43,608 bases of DNA, from NCBI GenBank assembly GCA_020696395.1, contig JAEHCN010000003.1, forward strand, positions 1 through 43,608. Direction: 5' to 3'. Position 1 is the first letter of the stretch, and each line of letters begins with the position of its first letter. Under the pieces are notes generated by a model. That model saw nothing but the letters and a program-made list of their open reading frames with translations. It did no database searches and was not told where the DNA came from. The translations under genes were made by a program, and so were the position numbers. Source of the DNA: Thermoplasmata archaeon (GTDB taxonomy: Archaea > Thermoplasmatota > Thermoplasmata > UBA10834). Below are positions 18,867 through 27,824 of the stretch, one piece after another.

Positions 18867-19952
18867 CTATCTCACTTCGATAGCGACGACTTCTTCGACC
18901 CAGTAGCCTCCTTCATAAGCGTCAGCAACTAGCCGGAAGTAGCCCTCATCGTCGGTGATTATGATTCCATCTTCTTCCATGACATCCGCTAAATCGAATA
19001 CGGCGAAGTACCCGTCTCTTCCTCTGACTACGACCTCTGAAGCTCCATCCTGAGGGACGGCTTCCGCCAACAAGTCGCTCAAGAGAATCCCGGTGTAGTC
19101 TCTGGGGGCGACATGAGTGACTGTGCCGACCAGCTCGGCGTTCACCACCACTTCCCGGTCTTCGAAGTCGTCGTATCTGAAGTCGAAGGGGTTGTCGACA
19201 TCGCCCTCGACGCTGATTGCATCTCCTCCATGCAGGGTGAACACGAACATGAAGTAGTAGACGGCCCCGAGGATGAAGACCGTCAAGAAAGAGGCTACCG
19301 CCGCCAGGGACGCCCTTCTTCGCCTCTTCGCCTGTCTGTTCCTCTTCCACGCTTCATCTTCAGCTGAGCGTTGGTCGACGAACACCTCCTTATTCCCGCC
19401 GACCACGCCTGCCTCCTCCAGTGCCTCGAGCATCTCAACTGAGAGCCAGCCACCGAACACCATGCCGGAGGCGCAGGCGAGCATGCACAGCACGAGGATC
19501 AGGATCCACGGAACACCCGCAAAGAATAGTGTCTGGAACACAATCACGTTGACCGCCGCGGAGAGGCCGCCGGCAGCGGAATACGAAAAGTAGTCCCTTC
19601 GGTCCTTCGCCTTGTCGCTGAAGAGGACCATGTCAGCCACGACTCCCTGCATCAACGACACGACTACGATGACGACCCCGTGCGTGCTCCCAGTGAACAG
19701 CTCCACGACGCCTTTGAGCGCTCCTGTGACGGTTCCAGCGCCCTTCTTCTTCGTTATGCCTATCGCCAGGATGATCCAAAGGACATGAAGTCCGGCCATG
19801 AACTGTCCTGCGCCGAAGGGCACGCCGACGATGTGGTTCATGAGATTCCCAAGGTACCCTACGTAGGTCGAGAGGACACCGCCCAGAGCAGACAGTAGAG
19901 CGATGGTGATGAGATCCTTGGTCGAGAGCATCAGTCGTTTGGTCACGGGCAC
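18867..19952 (-). CDS. ECF S component (YkoE/ABC_cobalt-like) fused to a C-terminal extracellular Oxidored_molyb-like domain
   Basis: TKDLITIALLSALGG, six TMs, KKKGAG; an extra TM then VEGDVDNP..YTGILLSDLL..GRDGY; GTG start after SD GGAGGTGA. Confidence 0.8.
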   Translation of the reverse strand: MPVTKRLMLSTKDLITIALLSALGGVLSTYVGYLGNLMNHIVGVPFGAGQFMAGLHVLWIILAIGITKKKGAGTVTGALKGVVELFTGSTHGVVIVVVSLMQGVVADMVLFSDKAKDRRDYFSYSAAGGLSAAVNVIVFQTLFFAGVPWILILVLCMLACASGMVFGGWLSVEMLEALEEAGVVGGNKEVFVDQRSAEDEAWKRNRQAKRRRRASLAAVASFLTVFILGAVYYFMFVFTLHGGDAISVEGDVDNPFDFRYDDFEDREVVVNAELVGTVTHVAPRDYTGILLSDLLAEAVPQDGASEVVVRGRDGYFAVFDLADVMEEDGIIITDDEGYFRLVADAYEGGYWVEEVVAIEVR

Positions 19953-21439
19953 GGTATCACCTCCACCAAGGCGACGCATTTGACCCATCTCGCCCCGGCT
20001 GAAGGATACACGACGTATCCCTGTCCTTCGTAGGAGGTGGCCTCGCAATCAGGGTTGCTGTACTCCCCATCAGGGGCAAGCATGACAAGCTTGGGCCCAT
20101 CCCCCCATTCTGGCACCAGCTCTGATTCATAGCTCAGCGCCACCACCATCTCCCCTTGGAGCTGAAGCCATGCTTCGTTCGGGTAGACGTTCAGGTAACC
20201 GAATTCCTGGAGGTAGCCGTCTGAGGAAGTGACGCGTAGCACATCCCCCTCAATGATCCCTCCGACCAGCTCGACCAGGTTCGCAACCGAGACCCCCGAG
20301 TAGTCACCCGCTCCTCCGATGTTGTCGTAGAGGTTCTCGAACGAGGAATATCCTTCTGTAGTCGACATCGCGAACATCTCGTCATAGGACAAGTCCAAGC
20401 GCGATCCCTCTCTTCCGACGAGAGTCACGAGGGATAGATTCGAAGCATCGATTGCGGCCTCGACCTTCTCAAAGACGAGGTTGTCAGAACCGACCACGGT
20501 CACGTTCACGAAGTGGTGTTCGCCGTCGACAAGAGTTGCCCCCGCTCCTCCAGTGATGATGAAATCCGTATCACCGATGACTGTGTGGTTGAATGCGTGT
20601 ATGTGCCCAGTGAAGACCGCCTCGATGTCATCCGTTTCGATGAATTCGAGCATTCGGTCGCACGAATCCGGATATAGCGTATGATTATCACCGAACGGGT
20701 CGAAGCACGGCGCGTGGGTCACGATGACGTTCCTGGTTGCACCGCTGAACTCCTCTCTCATCCATGATATCTGTTCCTCGGTGACATTGAGGTCGGACGA
20801 GTCAACAATTACGAACCGTATGCCCCCGAAGTCGAAGCCGTATTGAGTCGGGCCGAACCTCGTCTCGTACTCGGTTATGCCATCGTTCTTCGCGTCGTGG
20901 TTGCCCGGCGTGGTGTAGACCGGGACGGGGGAACTGCATAGCACTTCCTGGACTGCTGCGAACTCGCTCGGCATTCCCGAGGGGGTCAGGTCCCCGCACA
21001 GTATAGCAAACTCGCATTCTCCGAGCGCTGAGAGCATCGACACGAGAATCTCATTCCGTCCGTGGCTGTCTCCGAGGACAGCGAACGTGAGGCTATCCTT
21101 CGCCGTCGGCCTGATGCATATGTCGTCTGAGCTGCCAGTTGAACGGAACGATATCGAAGTGTTGTCCGGGAACTCGTATTCGTCGACCCCTTCAACGGAG
21201 GACCCCGCGACGCAGTTGCGGAGTTCCACATCTCCTTCGAAGCCGTTCAAACGGAGTGATACCTCCGGCTTGTAGCACCAAATCTCCACCGCATCATCAA
21301 ACTGCGCTCTGACGATGCCTCCATCGACTACGATATCTGAACCTGAGGTGAGGATGAGCCCTGATTTGTATGCAACATGCAAGCTAGCAGCGATTACCAG
21401 CGTACATACCGCTAAAGCCGCCGCCCGCTTCCTGTTCAT
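19943..21439 (-). CDS. Membrane-anchored calcineurin-like metallophosphoesterase fused to an Oxidored_molyb-like domain
   Basis: GDSH, GDLT, PGNHD, VTH, FTGHIH motifs; C-terminal YSGVSVANLV..SSDGY..GPKLV; N-terminal signal/TM. Confidence 0.85.
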   Translation of the reverse strand: MNRKRAAALAVCTLVIAASLHVAYKSGLILTSGSDIVVDGGIVRAQFDDAVEIWCYKPEVSLRLNGFEGDVELRNCVAGSSVEGVDEYEFPDNTSISFRSTGSSDDICIRPTAKDSLTFAVLGDSHGRNEILVSMLSALGECEFAILCGDLTPSGMPSEFAAVQEVLCSSPVPVYTTPGNHDAKNDGITEYETRFGPTQYGFDFGGIRFVIVDSSDLNVTEEQISWMREEFSGATRNVIVTHAPCFDPFGDNHTLYPDSCDRMLEFIETDDIEAVFTGHIHAFNHTVIGDTDFIITGGAGATLVDGEHHFVNVTVVGSDNLVFEKVEAAIDASNLSLVTLVGREGSRLDLSYDEMFAMSTTEGYSSFENLYDNIGGAGDYSGVSVANLVELVGGIIEGDVLRVTSSDGYLQEFGYLNVYPNEAWLQLQGEMVVALSYESELVPEWGDGPKLVMLAPDGEYSNPDCEATSYEGQGYVVYPSAGARWVKCVALVEVIPCP

Positions 21440-21443
21440 CTCC

Positions 21444-22964
21444 TCACTCTGGAAGGTCTACGAGGTCTACCCTGACCACACCTTTGACATTCGTCGATCC
21501 CGGCAAGTCCTCCCCCGTAAGCATTAGGGGGTATTCCTCTCCTGTGAAGTACTCTCCGTCGAAAGTCAGCGCCAGTATCAAGGAATCATTGTATTCCACA
21601 TCTTCCACAGAAAGGGTCTTGCTGTAACCATCCGACCCGGTGACCTTCACACCGTAGCCAAGGTCTGCGAGCGTGTCGTTGAACAGCCAGTGAGATGAGT
21701 CCGCTCCGTCGACGAGTCCGACCAGGACCCACAGTGGGATGCCCGCGTAGCTGTGCTCTTCCAGGTCTTCGGTGTAGTTGTAGTAACTGACATGCAGCCC
21801 CTCGTCGCAGTTGAACAACGCGACGAAATCCCACTCGGTGAATGTCTCCGTCGTAAGGCCTGCGAGTGTGAGCTCCCATGCCGGGGTTTCTACATATCCC
21901 TCGATGGCTATCCGGACGATGTTCCTAACCTTCTGGGAGCCTGCAAGGTCATCGCCGACAATCCTCAGTGGCCAGTCATCCTCTGCAAGCACCTCCCCAT
22001 CCAGCTTGTAGGCGACGATGATGCTGTCGTTCCTGGCTACCTGCGCCGCATCAAAGGTGGCCGAGTACCCGTCTGAGGCGGTGACGTTGACCGTGTATCC
22101 AGCCTCTGCGAGCGCGTCGTTGAACATGTAATGACCATCAGGTGCATCCGCTTCGTCCACTGCTGAAAGCAGAACCCATAGTGGGATTCCCTCGTAGTAG
22201 TGATCGTCATCATCGTCCGTGTAGTTGTAGTAGGTCGTGTGGTAGTAGCACGTGGCCAAGGACTCGAAAGTCTGACTGTTCATGTCCATCGTAGTGACTC
22301 CCTCGAGCTCGAGGGTCCAGTCGTGGACGAACGGGGCCACGTTCAGCTCCTTGACCATCTTTGCCCAGAAGTGTCCGTCCGTGACGGGCTTCTCCTCATC
22401 GTCCACTACCACTATCCTCAGACTGTCGTAGGCAAGGCGCTCCCCATCCTCCTCGTAAGCAAGCATCATCGTGAGGTCATCCGGTCCAAGGAGCTCGCCG
22501 TCGAGGTTGTAGGTAGGGAAGGTCCCGTTCTCGACCTGTCCTGAGTTGTAGGTCATCTCGTACCCGTCCCAAGCGACGGTGTTCAGGCTGTAGTTGTCGC
22601 CGTCGTAGACAAGGTCGACCAAATCACTAACTGGTATCCCCGTGAAGTTGAGAGGGCCGACGATGGTCCCAGTAGATTTCATGAAGTACCCGGAACCTTC
22701 GTAGGATTCCATGTCCGATAGTTCTGAGACGGTCAGATTCACACTTCCGCCGAACCCGGAGATGATGATTGCAGCGTCACCATCTGGATTCGAATCGTCC
22801 GTCCCTTGGGTCGCCAAGTATCCCAGAGGTACTCCTACCAGGAGTGCGGCAATCGCCACAAGGGCGATTAGCTTCCGACCGCCCATTCTCTTCGGCACTT
22901 TCGGTGAGGGTGCTTCCATTCCCTTCACAGGCCCGTTGTCGGTATCTCGATTCTCCTCCGCCAT
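21444..22964 (-). CDS. Membrane-anchored protein with three tandem molybdopterin-oxidoreductase-like (Oxidored_molyb) domains
   Basis: Three repeats of [FY]xGIP..DGY..(P)L[RM][IL]..K.V; N-terminal TM; start at M88 of the ORF track. Confidence 0.8.
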   Translation of the reverse strand: MAEENRDTDNGPVKGMEAPSPKVPKRMGGRKLIALVAIAALLVGVPLGYLATQGTDDSNPDGDAAIIISGFGGSVNLTVSELSDMESYEGSGYFMKSTGTIVGPLNFTGIPVSDLVDLVYDGDNYSLNTVAWDGYEMTYNSGQVENGTFPTYNLDGELLGPDDLTMMLAYEEDGERLAYDSLRIVVVDDEEKPVTDGHFWAKMVKELNVAPFVHDWTLELEGVTTMDMNSQTFESLATCYYHTTYYNYTDDDDDHYYEGIPLWVLLSAVDEADAPDGHYMFNDALAEAGYTVNVTASDGYSATFDAAQVARNDSIIVAYKLDGEVLAEDDWPLRIVGDDLAGSQKVRNIVRIAIEGYVETPAWELTLAGLTTETFTEWDFVALFNCDEGLHVSYYNYTEDLEEHSYAGIPLWVLVGLVDGADSSHWLFNDTLADLGYGVKVTGSDGYSKTLSVEDVEYNDSLILALTFDGEYFTGEEYPLMLTGEDLPGSTNVKGVVRVDLVDLPE

Positions 22965-22979
22965 GTCAATCGTCCTCGT

Positions 22980-23023
22980 TATGCTCGTGCGAGCATATCG
23001 CGGATAGAATCGCGGTATAAATA
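22980..23023 (-). promoter_or_regulatory. TATA box (TATTTATA) plus perfect 8-2-8 inverted repeat over the predicted transcription start
   Basis: TATGCTCG-TG-CGAGCATA at 22980-22997; ATCGCGG direct repeats at 22997 and 23009; TATA at 23016-23023. Confidence 0.6.
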
Positions 23024-23149
23024 GCTGTCGTGATTCAGAGGCGCCTTGACCTGGATTGGGAGCTCTAGGCATCCCTGAGAGGGCAACCTGCCGTCGGTGT
23101 GGCTTCGCCCAATGGATTGAACACATCGCGGAACCAGGTCTCCAGAATC

Positions 23150-24304
23150 CTATCCCTCTAGCCCCTTGACGACATCCTTCAGGGAGTTCCTTATCTTGAT
23201 GCCTTGAGGGCATAGCTCCTCGCACTTACCGCATTCGGTGCACTTCGACGCTCTGTTCTTCGGCTTGACTGCCCAAGAATACATCCTCTTTGCGTAGGAT
23301 ATGTCGTCATACATGTATCCGTGGTTCAGCTGCTCGAAGCACGCGGGTATGTCGACTCCCGAAGGACAGGGCGTGCAGTACTTGCACCCTGTGCATGGAA
23401 TCCTGGACTTGGATTCCAGCCCTTTCCTCACCCTTTCGATTAGCGTCTTCTCACCCTTTGTGAGGCAGCCCGGTTTGGCCTTATCGGCTATTCTGACGTT
23501 CTCCCTAAGCTGACCCATGGTCGTCATGCCGCTCAGAACCACGCTAACCTCCCGTTTGTCCCAGAGGAACCTCAGAGCTAGCTCGGCGGGGGTCCTTTTC
23601 GGCGCCGCTCTATCAACCTTTCGGCGTATGTCGCGCGGCAGCTTGTTCCCCAGAAACCCTCCGAGCAGGGGCTCCATGATAATCACGCCGAGCTTCTTTC
23701 TCGCTGCGTACTTGAGCCCCCTCGTCCCCGCCTGGTTTTCCTCGTCCATGTAGTTGTACTGTATCTGGCAGAATCCCCAGTCGTAGGCGTCTACGATCTC
23801 CTTGAACACTGGCAACTCGTCATGGAATGAGAAACCCGCGTGCCGGATCCTGCCGTCTGACAGGGCGGCATCGAGGAAATCCAAAACCTTGTGGTTGTTG
23901 AGATTCTTCCAGAAGTTGAGTGTGAGCCCATGGAGGAGATAGAAGTCGATGTAGTCCGTTCGGAGCCTTTTCAGCTGATCGTCGAGGTATTTGTCCATGT
24001 CCTTTCTGCTCTTCACTAGCCAGATGGGAAGCTTGGTGGCTATCTTGAACTCATCTCTCGGAAAATCGCGTAGAACCTTCCCGAGGAGCGGTTCGCTCCT
24101 GCCTTTAGGGCTGCGGTCGGACTTGTGATACGGATAGGCCGTGTCGAAGTAGTTAACTCCGTGTTTGATGGCGTAGCGTATCATCGCAGTAGCTCTCTTC
24201 TCGTCGATCTGATGCGCCTTGCCATCGATCGTGGGAAACCTCATGCATCCGAATCCTAATATCGAGGCTCTCTCGCCTGTCTTGCCGATCTTCCTGTACA
24301 GCAT
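23150..24304 (-). CDS. Aldo/keto reductase with C-terminal 4Fe-4S dicluster
   Basis: SILGFGCMR, YFDTAYPY, ATKLP, DFYLLHG, CTGCKYCTPCP and CTECGKCEELCP. Confidence 0.93.
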   Translation of the reverse strand: MLYRKIGKTGERASILGFGCMRFPTIDGKAHQIDEKRATAMIRYAIKHGVNYFDTAYPYHKSDRSPKGRSEPLLGKVLRDFPRDEFKIATKLPIWLVKSRKDMDKYLDDQLKRLRTDYIDFYLLHGLTLNFWKNLNNHKVLDFLDAALSDGRIRHAGFSFHDELPVFKEIVDAYDWGFCQIQYNYMDEENQAGTRGLKYAARKKLGVIIMEPLLGGFLGNKLPRDIRRKVDRAAPKRTPAELALRFLWDKREVSVVLSGMTTMGQLRENVRIADKAKPGCLTKGEKTLIERVRKGLESKSRIPCTGCKYCTPCPSGVDIPACFEQLNHGYMYDDISYAKRMYSWAVKPKNRASKCTECGKCEELCPQGIKIRNSLKDVVKGLEG

Positions 24305-24584
24305 CGAAAGTCCTTCCCGGTGTCCACTACCGCCATAGCAGTGACGGCCTTTTCTCACTTGTGGCTCCTGAATTTCTAAGCGGCGATGCGCACGCTTAGC
24401 GAAAAATATATCAACAACCTCCTCTGTAGTTGGCTTGGTCGTGTGACCAGGAGGTTCCCGGAGATGATGTCTGATAGAGTTCTAGCTGATGCGCCGGGAA
24501 CCGTTTGATGTAGACTCGGGCGCCCGGCGTTTGGTGATTGTGGAGCTTGCAGTGCGAACGCCCTAACGGTATAACGAATCTAAC

Positions 24585-25325
24585 ATGCCTAACAGTCCAT
24601 ATCTGGACGCCAGCGTCGCCTGGCGCATCAAATCAGGAAGCATCGATTTCAAGGAGGCAGGATACGAGTCAATCGTGGAGTCGATTCTATCCTCGGGCCT
24701 TGCCACCAGCGTGAAAGCCCTCATCAGCGCGGGCAAGGAAGCGGATGTCTACCTCGCAGGCTATCGCGACGCACCGATTGCGGTCAAGGTCTATCGGCTC
24801 TATCGAACCTCGCACCGCGGCGGTCGGCCGATCAAGCTGGACGGTCTCGGGTGGACGGCGGCCAAAGAGTATGAGATGACCCATCAGGCGTGGAAAGGGG
24901 GTGCGCGCGTGCCCGCTCCCGCGAGGCGTGTCGAGAACATGTTCACGATGCGGTATCTTGGATGCGAAGCGGGCCCCGCGCCAAGGTTGCAGGATGTCAA
25001 GCTTGGGTCGCCTGAGAATTTCTTGGAGAAAGTCCTTCACGGAGTGGAGGCACTCTCCGTCGCAGGCGTGGTTCACTCCGATCTTAGCGCATTCAACATA
25101 CTCGTGTTCGAGGGTGAGCCTTGGTTCATCGATCTCTCCGAGGCCATACGTGTCGATCGAACCGGAACATCTCCATGGATGAGGCTTCAGGAGGCCTCGG
25201 ACGCATTGACCAGCGGGCTGAACGCACTTGGCAAATACTTCGGCAAATACGGCCTGGAGATTGAGGTCGAATCAGTCGCCTCTCGTCTAGTGAGGTCGCT
25301 CGACCGATTCGGCGTGCTCGAATAG
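24585..25325 (+). CDS. RIO1-family atypical Ser/Thr kinase
   Basis: ISAGKEADVY, AVKVYR, VHSDLSAFNIL, IDLSEA. Confidence 0.88.
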   Translation: MPNSPYLDASVAWRIKSGSIDFKEAGYESIVESILSSGLATSVKALISAGKEADVYLAGYRDAPIAVKVYRLYRTSHRGGRPIKLDGLGWTAAKEYEMTHQAWKGGARVPAPARRVENMFTMRYLGCEAGPAPRLQDVKLGSPENFLEKVLHGVEALSVAGVVHSDLSAFNILVFEGEPWFIDLSEAIRVDRTGTSPWMRLQEASDALTSGLNALGKYFGKYGLEIEVESVASRLVRSLDRFGVLE

Positions 25326-25349
25326 GATGCTGGGGGAAAAGTCCGGAAT

Positions 25350-25378
25350 TTCTACTTCCGTACCAAATTTCTTATTAG
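25350..25378 (+). promoter_or_regulatory. TTCTAC-N4-GTACCA motif plus TATA-like TTATTA
   Basis: TTCTACTTCCGTACCAAATTTCTTATTAG, the same architecture as 5506-5535. Confidence 0.55.
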
Positions 25379-25446
25379 CTGCAAGTTCGATTCGTGTGTG
25401 ACTAAGCACAGCAGGCTCAGCGTATGCTTGGCAGGGGAGAGACGTT

Positions 25447-26568
25447 ATGAGGGCAAATGCAGTTGGGCGTGTGAGAGGGCTTCTCGTAAGCGCGTGTATG
25501 TGTACCGTTGCCATGATGGTGCTCCCGGTCGCAGGGGCGGATTCCCTGCCATCGGATGTGTTCATCGGTGGTGTGCCATTGTATCAGCAGATTGACGCGA
25601 AAGGGTGCGGGGCCGTTTCTCTACAAATGGTCTTCGACTATTACGGCGAGTTCATCGACCAGAAGGAAATATACAATGCCGCCAGGAGTGGTGGCACAAC
25701 GCTTCCGGACATGGCTAGGGCCGCTCAATTCAGTGACATGAGCACGACCGTCGGAGATAGGTGGGCTGATTCAATCGTAACAGGATACACGGACAGAGAT
25801 GTCGGCTATGCCGGGTTCTACTATGCATCGGACGAGCCATGGCTGGACGAGATGAAGCAGATACTCGCGATGGGATACCCGGTTATCGTCCTTGTGTACT
25901 GGATGCCAGAATGGTACAGCGGAGACCACTACCGGGTCGTGGTCGGATACGACGACAATGAGCAGGTACTCCTGATTAACGACGGCTGGTCAAGGGAGTT
26001 CAAGATGGATCAGGACTACCAGGGGTCTACATCTCAGTCTGCAAGTGACAACGCATGGGATGACGACTTCGTTCCCCTGAAATGGAAGTACGAAGATTTC
26101 CTCGACACCTGGACCTGCGACACGACCATCTGGGGCGTTCCGGGGATGAAGTATGGCGGCGTGTTTGTCACTCCGTGGGAGGTGGATATATGCGCTCCCT
26201 CGACGGTGCTTCCTGGAGAGAAGTTCAGAGTCAGCGCTAAGATCACCTATCCCTGCATGGAACCGTTTGGATCTGACGCATTCCCGACATTCCCAGCCGA
26301 GAGCTTCAGCGCCGTTCTCGAGACCTCTACTGGATTGAGCATCTGCAAGGAACCAGACCTGTCCGAGATCGGCTCTTTCGAGGCCGGTCAGGCCGTGACA
26401 CTCTGTTGGGACTTGCGCGCATGCCAGACCGAGGGAGTGTACTCCTTTGAGATAGGCGCAGAGGGGCTCGTCTCGGGATTGTTGGAACCATGGAAGGACT
26501 ATCCGGCGTATGATTACCTCGACGCGATAGGCGGCAGCGCTTCCTTCACGACCGAAGTTGCTGCGTAG
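25447..26568 (+). CDS. Secreted C39-like (papain-fold) cysteine peptidase with C-terminal Ig-like domain
   Basis: Signal peptide; YQQIDAKGCG (Q..C), DHYRVVVGYD (H), INDGW (D). Confidence 0.8.
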   Translation: MRANAVGRVRGLLVSACMCTVAMMVLPVAGADSLPSDVFIGGVPLYQQIDAKGCGAVSLQMVFDYYGEFIDQKEIYNAARSGGTTLPDMARAAQFSDMSTTVGDRWADSIVTGYTDRDVGYAGFYYASDEPWLDEMKQILAMGYPVIVLVYWMPEWYSGDHYRVVVGYDDNEQVLLINDGWSREFKMDQDYQGSTSQSASDNAWDDDFVPLKWKYEDFLDTWTCDTTIWGVPGMKYGGVFVTPWEVDICAPSTVLPGEKFRVSAKITYPCMEPFGSDAFPTFPAESFSAVLETSTGLSICKEPDLSEIGSFEAGQAVTLCWDLRACQTEGVYSFEIGAEGLVSGLLEPWKDYPAYDYLDAIGGSASFTTEVAA

Positions 26569-26706
26569 TCAGCATCCTGATATGGCCCAGAGGAAGCCAA
26601 CGCCAGCGCTTAGTCTTGACTAACGGAGTGCGGACGCAATGGCATTGCCCGCCGAAGAGGGTTAATGAACTCTTCGTGCCATTCCCGTCCTCGATGGAGA
26701 GATGAA

Positions 26707-27747
26707 ATGGTCGCACTGAGGCGTACACCCGTCGCGGATGGTCTCTCTATGCCCGCCGAATGGGCTCCTCATCGGAGCACCCTGGTCTCCTGGCCCTGCA
26801 GGGAGGAGTCCTGGAGGGGGCATATCGTTGGAGCTAGGAGTGAATACGCGGAGGTAATCAGGGCTATACAGAGGTTCGAGCCAGTCCATGTCCTCACATC
26901 TCCACAGACACTGTCAGGGGCAAGGGCCATGCTGCCAGAACGCTCCAATCTAATCCCGGTCGATCTGGATGATTCGTGGATCAGGGACAACGGCCCAATA
27001 TTCGTGTCATCTCCCAGCGGGGACGTCGCCATGGTAGACTTCCGATTCAACGCCTGGGGCTCGAAATCTCCATATGTTAAGGACGATGCCGTTCCGAAGT
27101 TCCTCTCTGAGGAATTGGAAATGAGGCGCTATCCCGCCCCGATGGTCCTCGAGGGGGGCTCGATTTCCGTAGACGGAGAGGGCACCCTGCTCACTACTGA
27201 GCAGTGTCTTCTTGATGAGAATCGAAACGCTGACATGTCCAGGGTGGAGATTGAGGCCGGTTTGAAGGACTTCCTGGGCATCAATAAGATAATCTGGCTC
27301 GCTCGAGGCCAGGCCAACGATATCACAGATGGCCATGTTGACGGTGTGGCCTGCTTCTGTTCCCCGGGAAGAATCATGATTGCCCGAACGAAAGACGACC
27401 ATGACCCGAATCACGATTCCCTGGAGGAGAATCGGGCCAGGTTGGAGACCGAGACTGACGCGAAAGGGCGGTCAATCGAAGTGCTTGAGATCGTGCAGCC
27501 AAGACCGAGAGAGTATGAGGGGCTGGTCATCACCCCTGGATACATCAACCATTATATCGTTAACGGCGGAGTTGTCGCACCAGAGTTCGGGATTATCGAA
27601 GACTCCCTCGCCATCGACACCCTTCGATCGGTATATTCCGACCGTGAGGTCGTTGCCGTACCTGCTGGACACATCGAGATAGGCGGTGGGGGAATCCACT
27701 GCATTACTCAACAGGTCCCCGACGGCCCATTTCTATGCAGATCATGA
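26707..27747 (+). CDS. aguA: Agmatine deiminase / peptidyl-arginine deiminase family protein
   Basis: MPAEW, DSWIRDNGP, LEGGSI, TDGHVDG, GGGGIHCITQQ. Confidence 0.9.
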   Translation: MVALRRTPVADGLSMPAEWAPHRSTLVSWPCREESWRGHIVGARSEYAEVIRAIQRFEPVHVLTSPQTLSGARAMLPERSNLIPVDLDDSWIRDNGPIFVSSPSGDVAMVDFRFNAWGSKSPYVKDDAVPKFLSEELEMRRYPAPMVLEGGSISVDGEGTLLTTEQCLLDENRNADMSRVEIEAGLKDFLGINKIIWLARGQANDITDGHVDGVACFCSPGRIMIARTKDDHDPNHDSLEENRARLETETDAKGRSIEVLEIVQPRPREYEGLVITPGYINHYIVNGGVVAPEFGIIEDSLAIDTLRSVYSDREVVAVPAGHIEIGGGGIHCITQQVPDGPFLCRS

Positions 27748-27824
27748 GATCAAGACCGCCGCTGCGTGGCGTCAGGGACATTCGGCGGCGTTTTGAGGGG
27801 GCGCTCGACGATACAGGCAGGGTT

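Noticed and set aside
22965-23149. Moco/Tuco or TPP riboswitch upstream of the ECF operon
   Set aside because: I could not find the conserved riboswitch elements, and the TATA position implies a leader of only about 30 nt; an Rfam scan would settle it.
22965-23225. N-terminal 87 aa of ORF 21444-23225
   Set aside because: It overlaps the aldo/keto reductase and spans a TATA box; the real start is probably 22964.
24460-24512. Fluoride (crcB) riboswitch
   Set aside because: GGAGATG and CTGATG resemble parts of it, but the required pseudoknot pairing is not evident and the downstream gene is not fluoride-related.
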